Source: an uncultured Ruminococcus sp. (lineage in GTDB: Bacteria > Bacillota > Clostridia > Oscillospirales > CAG-272). Taken from it: a DNA stretch of 58,627 bases. The DNA lies in assembly GCA_964644445.1 (NCBI GenBank), contig CAZXVF010000002.1:1-58627 (forward strand), read 5' to 3'. The position numbers were made by a program, and so were the translations under genes. This document shows, piece by piece, positions 9,559 through 18,938 of the stretch (positions are counted from its first letter, which is position 1; every line of letters starts with the position of its first letter). Under the pieces are notes generated by a model. The model was not told the DNA's origin, made no database searches, and saw only the letters and a list, made by a program, of their open reading frames with translations.

Positions 9559-9587
9559 TTGACAAACGGTAAAAATTCTGTTAAAAT
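9559..9587 (+). promoter_or_regulatory. Candidate sigma-A promoter of cysS
   Basis: TTGACA (9559..9564), 17 nt, TAAAAT (9582..9587). The leader to the ATG is about 90 nt. Confidence 0.6.
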
Positions 9588-9677
9588 GATATCCGAGTTA
9601 TTATGCGATTTTTCGCCCCAATCGGTCGAAGCAAGAAAAAGACGAGGTAAAGGCTACGCTTTACGGAAAGGAAATAT

Positions 9678-11123
9678 ATGCTTTTATACAATTCTATGAC
9701 GAGAACAAAAGAGGAGTTCGTACCGCGCGTTGCGGGGAAGGTGGCGATGTACACCTGCGGACCTACCGTGTATCACTTTGCACATATAGGTAACCTCCGC
9801 AGCTATACCATGGAGGACGTGCTCGAAAAGTATTTGAGATATATCGGATACGACGTAAAAAGAGTAATGAACGTTACCGACGTCGGGCACCTTACGAGTG
9901 ACGGAGATACGGGCGAGGATAAAATGCTAAAGGGCGCAAGACGCGAGCATAAGACCGTCTTGGAGATAGCAAAATTTTATACGGACGCCTTCTTTGCCGA
10001 TTGTGAAAAGCTGAATATCAAAACGCCGGACGTGGTAGAGCCCGCTACGAACTGCATACCCGAGTTTATCTCAATGATAAGCACTCTTCTCGAGAAGGGA
10101 TATGCCTACGAGGCGGGAGGAAATATATACTTTGACACTTCGAAGCTGGAGAAATACTACGTGTTCAACGACTTTAAAGAAGAGGATCTCGAGGTCGGAG
10201 TGCGAGACAGCGTCGAGGAGGATACCAACAAGAAAAATAAGACCGACTTCGTTTTATGGTTTACGAAATCCAAGTTCGATGATCAGGAGCTTAAATGGGA
10301 TTCTCCGTGGGGTATCGGCTACCCCGGCTGGCATATCGAATGCTCCTGCATCGCCACGAAGCATCTCGGAGAATACGTCGATATCCATTGCGGCGGTATC
10401 GATAACGCCTTTCCCCATCATACGAACGAGATAGCACAGTCCGAGGCAACCTTCGGTCATCCTTGGTGCCATTATTGGATGCACGTGCACCATCTCAATA
10501 CCACAGGCGGAAAAATGTCAAAATCCAAGGGAGAGTTTCTTACCGTTTCGCTTCTTGAGGAAAAGGGCTACGATCCCCTAGTCTACAGATTCTTCTGCCT
10601 TCAGTCGCATTACAGAAAGAACCTCGTGTTCTCGTGGGAAAATCTCGATAACGCAAAAGCGGCTTACTCCAAGCTCGTAGCGAAAATCGCCGCATTGAAG
10701 GTGACCACTGTCGATACCGTGGACGAAGAAAAGTTCAATGAAGGTAAAGTAAAGTTTACAAATGCACTTGATAACGACCTCAACACATCGCTTGCGATTA
10801 CCGCGCTTTACGATGCGTTAAAGCTTGATACCAACGATAAGACCAAGCTTGCACTCATAGAGGACTTCGATAAGGTGCTCTCGCTCGGACTTACTGCCGC
10901 GGCGCGTAAGCTTACCGAAGGCGGCACTGAACAAGACGCTGACGGGGTAAATAATACGGATTCCGAATTTCTGGCTTATATAAACGCAAAGATTGCGGAA
11001 AGAGCCGCCGCAAAGAAGGCTAAGGACTTCGCATTGGCAGACACCATAAGAGCGGAGCTTCTCTCCCGCGGAGTAACCTTGCTCGATACGAGAGAGGGAA
11101 CTAAATTTACGGTAGAACGCTGA
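9678..11123 (+). CDS. cysS: Cysteine--tRNA ligase
   Basis: 481 aa with the class I motifs HIGN (HIGH-type) and KMSKS, and a typical CysRS N-terminus YTCGPTVY. Confidence 0.95.
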   Translation: MLLYNSMTRTKEEFVPRVAGKVAMYTCGPTVYHFAHIGNLRSYTMEDVLEKYLRYIGYDVKRVMNVTDVGHLTSDGDTGEDKMLKGARREHKTVLEIAKFYTDAFFADCEKLNIKTPDVVEPATNCIPEFISMISTLLEKGYAYEAGGNIYFDTSKLEKYYVFNDFKEEDLEVGVRDSVEEDTNKKNKTDFVLWFTKSKFDDQELKWDSPWGIGYPGWHIECSCIATKHLGEYVDIHCGGIDNAFPHHTNEIAQSEATFGHPWCHYWMHVHHLNTTGGKMSKSKGEFLTVSLLEEKGYDPLVYRFFCLQSHYRKNLVFSWENLDNAKAAYSKLVAKIAALKVTTVDTVDEEKFNEGKVKFTNALDNDLNTSLAITALYDALKLDTNDKTKLALIEDFDKVLSLGLTAAARKLTEGGTEQDADGVNNTDSEFLAYINAKIAERAAAKKAKDFALADTIRAELLSRGVTLLDTREGTKFTVER

Positions 11124-11248
11124 TTGCGTTCCGGAAAAAACGAACGGTAAGTAAAGCAAGCCGTGTCAATCACGGTAGAACGCACCGACGGATAAAACCG
11201 ATATTTTTAACGAAACAGCAAACGAAAAACGAAGATGAAAGGAGAGTG

Positions 11249-12016
11249 ATGAATATGTCCGAAACCGCGAGAGCCGCCGTAGAGTTCTTGGAAGGGAATT
11301 TTCGCCGTGCGGCAGAGATGTACCGTGAGGGTGCGAGAGCCGGAGATATTCTTGCCTCCTTCAATTACGGATATTGCCTTTGGAGAGGCATCGGCGTTGA
11401 AAAAAACGTAAGGGAAGCCAAGAGCTATTTTGCGTACGCCAGAGAGATGCAGGGCGGAGAAGCCTGTTATAATCTTGCGATAATTTATATGCAAGGTGAC
11501 GGCATACCGAAAAATTATGAAAAGGCGTTTGAATATATGCGCATTTCCGCATCCTACGGATGTATTGAAGCACAGCTCTACCTCGGCATGGCGTACACCG
11601 CCGGCTGTATCTTCGAGCCGGACGTCGTGGGAATAAGCATGATACCGACGCATACGCCCGAATACCGCGAGATTCTCCCCGAGCTTTCGGGACAGGCACC
11701 CGAGTTTGACGAGGCGGACGAGGAGCTGCGCTATAAAGCTGTAAAGCAGGATCAGCATTCCGCATTCGAGTGGTTTCAGACTGCCGCGCGCCACGATCCG
11801 ACGAACGTCGAGGAGCTCTCCGCAAAGGGCAAGTATTTATATGCAAAGTGCTACGTAGACGGCTTGGGAGTCGAGTTTGACAGGATGAGATCCAACCGCC
11901 TTATGCTTTTGGCGGGAAAAGCGGGCTCGCCCGAGGCACTGCAATACATTGCCGAAAACGGAATAATACAGGAAATTGCCGCAGAGAAGCAAAGACTTAT
12001 CAACAGCGGCAGATAG
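11249..12016 (+). CDS. Sel1-like (SLR/TPR) repeat protein
   Basis: Repeated G.GV.KN...A..YF..A motifs (GIGVEKNVREAKSYF, GDGIPKNYEKAFEYM, GLGVEFDRMRSNRLM). AAAGGAGAG RBS. The start could be 11246, 11249 or 11255. Confidence 0.8.
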   Translation: MNMSETARAAVEFLEGNFRRAAEMYREGARAGDILASFNYGYCLWRGIGVEKNVREAKSYFAYAREMQGGEACYNLAIIYMQGDGIPKNYEKAFEYMRISASYGCIEAQLYLGMAYTAGCIFEPDVVGISMIPTHTPEYREILPELSGQAPEFDEADEELRYKAVKQDQHSAFEWFQTAARHDPTNVEELSAKGKYLYAKCYVDGLGVEFDRMRSNRLMLLAGKAGSPEALQYIAENGIIQEIAAEKQRLINSGR

Positions 12017-12024
12017 GAGATACA

Positions 12025-13356
12025 ATGGTTAAAATCACAGGCGTAGACGCCTCCTCGCGTGCCGAAAAGCACGGAATCAAGGCAGGAGACGTTCTCACCC
12101 ACATAAACGGTAATGAAATAAACGACGTTCTGGATTACAGATTTTACCTCACCGAGCGAACGGTATCTCTCAGTCTCCTCCGTGACGGCGAGCCGTACAC
12201 CGCCCTTATCAAAAAAGGCGAATACGACGACGTAGGTCTTGAATTTGAAACTCCGCTTATGGACGAAAAGCATTCATGCAGGAACGGATGTATATTCTGC
12301 TTCATAGATCAAAACCCCGAGGGCTTAAGAGATACCTTGTATTTTAAGGATGACGATTCGCGCCTTTCCTTCATACACGGAAATTATATAACGCTTACCA
12401 ACATGACCGAAAAGGACGTTGCGAGAATAATCAAAATGCGCTTTTCTCCGATCAATATTTCCGTCCATACCACGAATCCGGACCTACGCGTGAAAATGAT
12501 GAAAAATAAGCGCTCCGGCGAGGTCTTGAAATATCTTTCCGACTTCAAGCAGGCAGGACTTTCGATGTGCGGACAAATAGTCCTCTGCAGGGGAATAAAC
12601 GACGGCAAGGAGCTGCAAAGAACTCTTGATGATCTCTCGGAATATTATCCTGAAATGGGAAGTATAGCAGTCGTTCCGGCAGGACTTACGAAATTCCGCG
12701 ATAAGCTTTTCCCCCTCACGGATTTCAGCCCCGAGGAGGCACGCGCGGTAATAGAGCAGATAGACGCACACGGAGAAAAAAATCTTACGCTTCACGGCAG
12801 CAGAATAGTATTCGCCGCTGATGAATTTTATCTTAAAGCCGGCGTTCCGATCCCTCCCGCAGAGTATTATGAGGATTATCCGCAAATAGAAAACGGAGTC
12901 GGTATGCTTCGCTCGTTCAGCGATGAGTTCGGACTTGCTGCCGAGGACGTTGAGCTTGCCAAAAATACCTTGAGTTCACGCGCCGAAGCACGTAAAATAT
13001 CCGTTGCCACAGGCGTCGCTTCATACGATCTCATTTTTGGTCTTTGTCAAAAAATGATGCAATTATGCCCGAATTTAGAAATTAAAGTTTACAAAATAGT
13101 TAATAATTTCTACGGAGAGTCGATAACGGTTTCCGGACTTCTCACGGGAAAAGATATATACGAGCAGTTAAAGGGACAGCCTCTCGGTGAAGAGCTTCTT
13201 ATTCCGAAAACGGCGTTGCGAGAGGGAGACGACGACTTTCTTTGCGGCATGACGCTCGCGGAGCTCAGACAGAAGCTCGGAGTCAAAATAACTCCCACTT
13301 CGGCTGACGGCTACGAGTTCTTCGAGAATCTCGTCGGAATCGGAGAGTCTCTTTGA
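12025..13356 (+). CDS. Radical SAM protein with an N-terminal PDZ domain and a DUF512-type C-terminus
   Basis: PDZ-like GIKAGDVLTHINGNEI. CxxxCxxC motif CRNGCIFC. AGGAGA RBS. As remembered, this architecture is commonly found upstream of der in Firmicutes. Confidence 0.8.
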   Translation: MVKITGVDASSRAEKHGIKAGDVLTHINGNEINDVLDYRFYLTERTVSLSLLRDGEPYTALIKKGEYDDVGLEFETPLMDEKHSCRNGCIFCFIDQNPEGLRDTLYFKDDDSRLSFIHGNYITLTNMTEKDVARIIKMRFSPINISVHTTNPDLRVKMMKNKRSGEVLKYLSDFKQAGLSMCGQIVLCRGINDGKELQRTLDDLSEYYPEMGSIAVVPAGLTKFRDKLFPLTDFSPEEARAVIEQIDAHGEKNLTLHGSRIVFAADEFYLKAGVPIPPAEYYEDYPQIENGVGMLRSFSDEFGLAAEDVELAKNTLSSRAEARKISVATGVASYDLIFGLCQKMMQLCPNLEIKVYKIVNNFYGESITVSGLLTGKDIYEQLKGQPLGEELLIPKTALREGDDDFLCGMTLAELRQKLGVKITPTSADGYEFFENLVGIGESL

Positions 13357-13379
13357 TTTATGCGGAAAGGAAGTAATAA

Positions 13380-14717
13380 ATGTCAAAACCAGTAGTTGCG
13401 ATAGTGGGCAGACCGAACGTCGGTAAAAGCACACTTTTTAATAAGCTGATCGGCGAGCGCCGTTCAATAGTGGAGGATACTCCCGGCGTTACACGCGACC
13501 GTATTTACGCCGAGGCAGAGTGGTGCGAGCACCGTTTTATCCTCATTGATACCGGCGGCATCGAACCGAAGAGCGACGATACTATACTTAAGCAAATGAG
13601 AGATCAGGCAGAGGTTGCGATCGCCACGGCGGACTGTATAATCTTTATGTGTGATATCCGTTCCGGACTTCTCGCTGACGATAAGGATATAGCGATCATG
13701 CTGAAAAAATCAGGAAAGCCCGTCATCCCCTGCGTAAACAAGGTCGACAGCATAGGCGAGCTTCCGTACGAGTTTTATGAGTTTTACGAGCTCGGCTTCG
13801 AGCGCGATCCCATTGCTATATCCTCGGTTCACGGAACCGGCTCGGGTGACCTTCTGGACGCCATCGTAGAGGAATGCAGCTTCGGTGAAAATAAGGACGA
13901 GGACGAAACGGTGATCAACGTAGCCGTAATAGGTAAGCCGAACGCGGGTAAGTCCTCCATCATCAATCGTATGTGCGGTGAGGACAGAGTTATCGTTTCC
14001 GATATAGCCGGAACCACGAGAGACGCCGTAGATACCAGAGTAGAGAATGATTACGGAATCTACAACTTCATAGATACTGCGGGAATCCGCCGTCATTCCA
14101 AGGTAGAGGACAGAATAGAGAAATTCAGCGTTATAAGAGCGAATATGGCTGTAGAAAGAGCCGACGTTTGCCTTCTTATGATCGACGCGTGCGACGGCAT
14201 TACCGAGCAGGATGAAAAGATTGCGGGCTTGGCACACGAGGCAGGCAAGGCGTGTATTATCGTCATCAATAAGTGGGACAGCGTGGAGAAGGAAAACAAC
14301 ACCGTAAATCAGTTTACCAAGAAAATAAGAACCGCACTTGCGTATATGCCATACGCTCCCATAATTTTCGTTTCCGCGCTGACGGGACAGAGATGCATGA
14401 ATCTTTACAAAATGATAAACGACGTTTACGAGCAGTCCAGAAGGCGTATTACCACCGGCATGCTCAACGATCTGTTAAACGACGCGCAGAACAGAGTACA
14501 GCCCCCGTCAGACAAAGGAAAACGCCTCAAAATCTACTATATGACGCAGACCTCGGTCGCACCGCCGACCTTCGTTATTTTCTGTAACAACGAAGAGCTT
14601 TTCCATTTTTCATACAGAAGATATATCGAAAACTGTATACGTGACACCTTCGGCTTTGAGGGAACGCCTATAAAAATGGTAATCAGGCAAAAGGGCGACG
14701 ATTCCGTTAAGATATAA
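13380..14717 (+). CDS. der: Ribosome-biogenesis GTPase Der (EngA)
   Basis: Two tandem GTPase domains: GRPNVGKS...DTGG and GKPNAGKS...DTAG...NKWD. Confidence 0.95.
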   Translation: MSKPVVAIVGRPNVGKSTLFNKLIGERRSIVEDTPGVTRDRIYAEAEWCEHRFILIDTGGIEPKSDDTILKQMRDQAEVAIATADCIIFMCDIRSGLLADDKDIAIMLKKSGKPVIPCVNKVDSIGELPYEFYEFYELGFERDPIAISSVHGTGSGDLLDAIVEECSFGENKDEDETVINVAVIGKPNAGKSSIINRMCGEDRVIVSDIAGTTRDAVDTRVENDYGIYNFIDTAGIRRHSKVEDRIEKFSVIRANMAVERADVCLLMIDACDGITEQDEKIAGLAHEAGKACIIVINKWDSVEKENNTVNQFTKKIRTALAYMPYAPIIFVSALTGQRCMNLYKMINDVYEQSRRRITTGMLNDLLNDAQNRVQPPSDKGKRLKIYYMTQTSVAPPTFVIFCNNEELFHFSYRRYIENCIRDTFGFEGTPIKMVIRQKGDDSVKI

Positions 14718-14744
14718 TCGCTTTCACGAAAGGAGAATCACACT

Positions 14745-16028
14745 GTGTTCATAGATAATATCAAAATTTACGTGAAGGCGGGCGACGGCGGAGACGGAGC
14801 GGTTGCCTTCCACAGAGAGAAATTTGTAAATGCCGGAGGTCCGGACGGAGGCGACGGAGGACGCGGAGGAAGCGTTATATTCAGAGTCGATCAAGGCGCA
14901 AATACGCTTCTCGCCTTCCGTTACAAAAGAAAATTCGTTGCCGAATCGGGAGAGGCAGGCAAGGGAAATAAGTTTCACGGCAAAAGCGGCGCGGATATAA
15001 TAATTCCCGTTCCGCAGGGAACGCTTATCAAGGATCCGAAGAGCGGAAAAATAATTCACGATATGGCAGACGGTGCCGATTTCGTCATATGCAAGGGCGG
15101 TCGCGGCGGCTGGGGTAACAGACATTTCGCGACTCCGACTCGCCAGATACCGAAGTTTGCAAAAAGCGGTACGAAGGGCGAAGAGAGAGAAGTACTACTT
15201 GAGCTGAAAATGCTTGCCGAGGTAGGTCTCATAGGCTTCCCGAACGTCGGAAAATCCTCGATACTCTCAAGGATATCGTCAGCTAAGCCGAAAATCGCAA
15301 ACTACCACTTTACGACGCTTTCGCCGAATCTCGGAGTCGTAAAGATAGGTGACGGCAAGGGCTTTTTGGCAGCCGATATTCCGGGCTTGATAGAAGGCGC
15401 GAGCGAGGGACAGGGTTTAGGACATGCATTCCTTCGCCACGTCGACCGTTGCAGGCTTCTGCTTCACGTCGTCGATATAGCAGGCACCGACGGCAGAGAT
15501 CCCGCCGAGGATCTCGATATGATAAATTCGGAGCTTGAAAAATATTCTCCCGAGCTTGCCTTGCGTCCGCAGATAGTCGTTGCCAACAAGGCGGATTCCG
15601 CGGATATGGATTCCGAGTCGGTAAAGAAATTTTACGATCGTTGCAGGTCTCTGGGCTGTGACGTAATAACGGTAAGTGCCGTAACGGGCGAAGGGCTGGA
15701 CGGTCTCGTCAGAGCAACCGTTGATAAGCTTGCAACCTTACCTCCGATAACCGTTTACGAGGCAGAATATTCTCCCGAGGACGAGGAGCTTGAGTCTGTC
15801 TCCGATCCTACTGATACGACCGTTCGCTTCGACGGCACAAAGTATATCGTCGAGGGAGAATGGCTCCTCAGATTTATGTCAAAGATCGATTTTGACGATT
15901 ATGATAGCCTCGCCCACTTTCAGAGAGTTCTCGTCAAAAACGGCGTGATAGAAAAGCTTGAACAGGCGGGAATACAAGAGGGAGAAACCGTAAATATTTA
16001 CGACTTTGAATTTGACTTCATTTACTAA
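14745..16028 (+). CDS. obg: GTPase Obg/CgtA
   Basis: GTG start with an AAAGGAGAA RBS. Gly-rich Obg fold (GDGGDGAVAFHREK), a GFPNVGKS G-domain and a C-terminal OCT-like domain. Confidence 0.95.
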   Translation: MFIDNIKIYVKAGDGGDGAVAFHREKFVNAGGPDGGDGGRGGSVIFRVDQGANTLLAFRYKRKFVAESGEAGKGNKFHGKSGADIIIPVPQGTLIKDPKSGKIIHDMADGADFVICKGGRGGWGNRHFATPTRQIPKFAKSGTKGEEREVLLELKMLAEVGLIGFPNVGKSSILSRISSAKPKIANYHFTTLSPNLGVVKIGDGKGFLAADIPGLIEGASEGQGLGHAFLRHVDRCRLLLHVVDIAGTDGRDPAEDLDMINSELEKYSPELALRPQIVVANKADSADMDSESVKKFYDRCRSLGCDVITVSAVTGEGLDGLVRATVDKLATLPPITVYEAEYSPEDEELESVSDPTDTTVRFDGTKYIVEGEWLLRFMSKIDFDDYDSLAHFQRVLVKNGVIEKLEQAGIQEGETVNIYDFEFDFIY

Positions 16029-16079
16029 ACTAGCGAAAAATGCTTGAAAATGTCAATAATTATTGTCAAAATTCGGCAT

Positions 16080-16931
16080 TTATCCGCAGATTCCAAACAC
16101 AAGATTAAGCGCGCCGCCGATTATTTCGGCGGCATTTTTTACAATATCACCGACCTCCTTCGGCGAAACTATAAGTCCGTCGTATATCTCCGAAACCCGT
16201 GCTTTACAGTCCTCGGGGACGAATGCTCCGGAATCTATGACTGTAGGAACGCCGATTCCTATCACCTGCGTTCCCATGGTCGTACTGCTTATTTCGCTCC
16301 TTGCTCCTCGGAGTCCGGAGCCTGCGGCAATACCGGTCGTGGATATTTGTACCGTGCTTCCGAGCCTTGCTCTTTCTCTCGCCCTAAGAGCGTCTATCGC
16401 AATTATTAGATCGGGCTTTATCGCCTTCGATATACCGCCGATTATTTCAGCGGATTCAAGCCCGCTTTGCATAGGTACCCCGGGCTTTATAACGCTAACC
16501 TTACTGCATCCGAGAGTTTTAAAGAGTGCCTTGTCCATTCTGTAAATGTTCATCGTCGGATAGACCCTGTCTGCCGTTTCGGGACCTACCGCGTCTGGAG
16601 TAAGATCTGCATTCCCGAGACCTGCTATCATAACGTTTGACGCCGTAATGTCACTTTCCTCCAAAATTCTGCACAGTCCTCCGGCAAGCTCCTCCTTCGC
16701 GTCCATTATTTCTTCGAAATCCAAAAGATCCATTCGCGTCAGAGTCAGTGTATCGTAAGAGCCGATAGGACGTCCCATCACCCGCTCTCCCTCCTCGGTG
16801 CTTATCCGTATCCGCTCCCAAATTCCTATAGCGTTTTCTTCCTTCACGTATTCTATCCCGTCGACGTTGACGTCGGCGCGCCTTCTCTCGCAGGCAAGGT
16901 CGGTGATACCCGCATCTATACTCTTTTTCAT
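16080..16931 (-). CDS. gpr: GPR endopeptidase (spore germination protease)
   Basis: 283 aa. GLGNADLTPDAVGP, DLIIAIDAL.AR, IQISTTGI.AGSG and VIGIGVPTV align with remembered B. subtilis Gpr motifs. GGGAGGAAG RBS. Confidence 0.8.
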   Translation of the reverse strand: MKKSIDAGITDLACERRRADVNVDGIEYVKEENAIGIWERIRISTEEGERVMGRPIGSYDTLTLTRMDLLDFEEIMDAKEELAGGLCRILEESDITASNVMIAGLGNADLTPDAVGPETADRVYPTMNIYRMDKALFKTLGCSKVSVIKPGVPMQSGLESAEIIGGISKAIKPDLIIAIDALRARERARLGSTVQISTTGIAAGSGLRGARSEISSTTMGTQVIGIGVPTVIDSGAFVPEDCKARVSEIYDGLIVSPKEVGDIVKNAAEIIGGALNLVFGICG

Positions 16932-17019
16932 GTTATAGCTTCCTCCCGTATCGAATAATTAATTGTTTTGCATATTTTGTCCTTTTATGCATAAATTTTA
17001 ACATTATTCGAAAAAGCGG

Positions 17020-17048
17020 TTGAAAAACGAATCGATATGTGTTAAAAT
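17020..17048 (+). promoter_or_regulatory. Candidate sigma-A promoter (extended -10) for the DUF4364-like gene
   Basis: TTGAAA (17020..17025), 17 nt, TAAAAT (17043..17048), preceded by TGt. It overlaps the ORF-track start at 17020, which argues for the downstream ATG at 17086. Confidence 0.55.
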
Positions 17049-17085
17049 AAAATCCGTTAAAAATAAGAAAGCCGAGGATAGCGAA

Positions 17086-17640
17086 ATGCGAAAGAGCAGG
17101 GATTCGATACTGACGACCATGACCGATATAAAGGTGTTTTTATTATTTCTCCTTGACAACATAGGATACCCGATAGAGCATAAGACGGTAATGGACATCG
17201 TCGAGGAAAATACGGGAGACATATCCTTGGATTACGAGGCGTGCCTTACCGAGCTTGTCGATTCGGGACATCTGTATTACGACGATCTCGGAGACGAGAA
17301 GTATTATATGATATCCGATAAGGGCAGAATAGTTGCCTCGGAGCTGTACGATAATCTTGATAAGGATCTCCGCGAAAAAAGTCTCAGAAGTGCGATAAAG
17401 CATATATCTCTTTCAAAGGGCGGAGCCTCCGTAAAGGCGTATATAACCGAAACCGAAAATAAGAGATACAAGGTGACGATGGAGGCACACGACGAGTCCG
17501 GAGAGCTTATGTTCACCTCGCTGACGGTCACGTCGCTCTCCGAGGCGGAGAAGATAAAAAACAACTTCCTGCAAAAGCCCGACGGAGTCTATCGCGGCGT
17601 TCTCTTTTCCGCGACCGGAAGGATCGAGTATCTCTCTTAA
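17086..17640 (+). CDS. DUF4364-like winged-helix protein
   Basis: The start is set at MRKSRD (GAGGA RBS 7 nt upstream). The N-terminal segment IKVFLLFLLDNIGYPIEHKTVMDIV...LVDSGHL resembles PadR/DUF4364-type proteins, from memory only. Confidence 0.55.
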   Translation: MRKSRDSILTTMTDIKVFLLFLLDNIGYPIEHKTVMDIVEENTGDISLDYEACLTELVDSGHLYYDDLGDEKYYMISDKGRIVASELYDNLDKDLREKSLRSAIKHISLSKGGASVKAYITETENKRYKVTMEAHDESGELMFTSLTVTSLSEAEKIKNNFLQKPDGVYRGVLFSATGRIEYLS

Positions 17641-17757
17641 ATCCTGTAAACAATAGTTTGCCCAAAATGATAGTCATTCTGCACAAAAAAGCCACCGGTG
17701 ATATAGTGTAAATTGTTAAAACTTTTTAAATATCTTGCTTTTTTTCACATCAAGCCC

Positions 17758-17786
17758 TTGACAAAATTCGTATGCGGAATTATAAT
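17758..17786 (+). promoter_or_regulatory. Perfect-consensus sigma-A promoter upstream of the sigma-factor gene
   Basis: TTGACA (17758..17763), 17 nt, TATAAT (17781..17786). Confidence 0.65.
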
Positions 17787-17820
17787 GTTTGTATAATCGG
17801 AGGAATAGGTTATATCTTTG

Positions 17821-18378
17821 ATGGAAAGTACAGAAATTTGCGAGCTTATACGTAGATGCCGCGATAAGGATGACGACGCATTTTCCGAGCTTGTGCTTCG
17901 GTATACCCCCTTGATAAGCAAGGAGATAGGGAGCTTCTCGTCCTCTCCGTTGAGCGCGGATGAGATGTTTGCGGAAGCATACGTTGCTCTTCATTCCGCA
18001 GCTATGAGCTTCGATATCGAGCAAAGCTCCGTTACGTTCGGTCTTTACGCAAAGGTATGCATACGAAATAGGCTGATAGACGCCGCTTCGGCAGTTAAAA
18101 AGATAGATACGGTATCGGAGTCGGATCTTGAAGAGGTGACGTCTGCATCGTCTATCGACACTCGCCTTGCGGATATCGAGAGATTTGAGGCTTTGATGCT
18201 TCATTCGAAAAGACTGTTGTCCGATTATGAATATAAGGTTCTCATTTTTCACGTTCAAGGATATAAGACTGCCGAGATCGCGCGCTTGCACGGACGTGAC
18301 CGTAAGTCGGTAGACAATGCGAAAAACCGTATTTTCAGAAGACTGCGCGAGTTTATAAACGAGAATCCGTCAGTTTAA
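17821..18378 (+). CDS. Sigma-70 family RNA polymerase sigma factor (small, regions 2 and 4 only)
   Basis: About 185 aa. Region-2-like DAFSELVLRYTPLI. Region-4 HTH YKTAEIARLHGRDRKSVDNAKNRIFRRLR. The start is TTG 17818 or ATG 17821. Confidence 0.8.
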   Translation: MESTEICELIRRCRDKDDDAFSELVLRYTPLISKEIGSFSSSPLSADEMFAEAYVALHSAAMSFDIEQSSVTFGLYAKVCIRNRLIDAASAVKKIDTVSESDLEEVTSASSIDTRLADIERFEALMLHSKRLLSDYEYKVLIFHVQGYKTAEIARLHGRDRKSVDNAKNRIFRRLREFINENPSV

Positions 18379-18488
18379 TTTTGTCATTACGCCCACATAG
18401 CTTAACAGAAAGCGTTGGAAACAAAGACGGCGGTCTGAATCCGCCTGAGGGCGAAAATATTTTTTAACCTACAGGGAGAAGAGAAACC

Positions 18489-18782
18489 ATGTACCAGGAC
18501 GAGACATTGAAGTGCAAAGATTGTGGCAATGAATTTGTGTTCACAGCAGGTGAGCAGGAGTTCTATGCGTCCAGAGGATTCGAGAACAAGCCTTTGAGAT
18601 GCAAGGAGTGCCGCGCCGCAAAGAAAAATGCGCAGAGAAATGCAAGAGAAATGTTTGATGCGGTCTGCGTAGAGTGCGGCAAGGAGTGCCAAGTGCCCTT
18701 CAAGCCCACCGAAGGTAAGGCTGTTTACTGCAGCGAGTGCTTTGCAGCTAAGAGAGCAGAGAGAGCAGAGAGAGCTGAGTAA
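18489..18782 (+). CDS. Double zinc-ribbon protein (CxxC-x(n)-CxxC pattern occurring twice)
   Basis: 97 aa: CKDCGNEFVFTAGEQEFYASRGFENKPLRCKEC plus CVECGKECQVPFKPTEGKAVYCSEC. GGGAGAAG RBS. Confidence 0.8.
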   Translation: MYQDETLKCKDCGNEFVFTAGEQEFYASRGFENKPLRCKECRAAKKNAQRNAREMFDAVCVECGKECQVPFKPTEGKAVYCSECFAAKRAERAERAE

Positions 18783-18854
18783 TTACGCTTTCCTATAGGG
18801 GCTTAACCGTTTTCGGTAATAAGTTCTTAACTCATCAAATAGTGCCTTGCACGA

Positions 18855-18888
18855 AAAAGCCGCGTGATTGTAAAGCGCGGCTTTTTTC
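18855..18888 (+). terminator. Rho-independent terminator after the zinc-ribbon gene
   Basis: Stem agccgcg (18858..18864) pairs with cgcggct (18876..18882), followed by a T-run to 18887. Confidence 0.7.
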
Positions 18889-18938
18889 ATTTTTTATCCG
18901 CCTCTTTTATTTTGCATTGCCGTAAATTGCGCGCGAAT

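Noticed and set aside
9588-9677. Possible T-box leader upstream of cysS
   Set aside because: The distance from promoter to ATG is only about 90 nt. There is no GGUGGNACC T-box sequence, no specifier-loop architecture and no terminator.
11109-11183. 12-nt direct repeat ACGGTAGAACGC, at the last codons of cysS (11109..11120) and again 63 nt downstream (11172..11183)
   Set aside because: The match does not extend beyond 12 nt, and no structure or ORF is associated with it. It is probably a small duplication remnant or chance.
16054-16075. AT-rich palindrome CAATAATTATTG between the convergent obg and gpr genes
   Set aside because: It is only 12 nt, all A/T apart from the ends, and has no loop. 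It is too weak to call a terminator or an operator on its own.
16932-17019. Forespore (sigma-F/sigma-G) promoter upstream of gpr
   Set aside because: A GCATA pentamer is present. No CATnnTA or GGnnAnAnT -10 element occurs at the spacing I remember (15 to 18 nt), so no confident call is possible.
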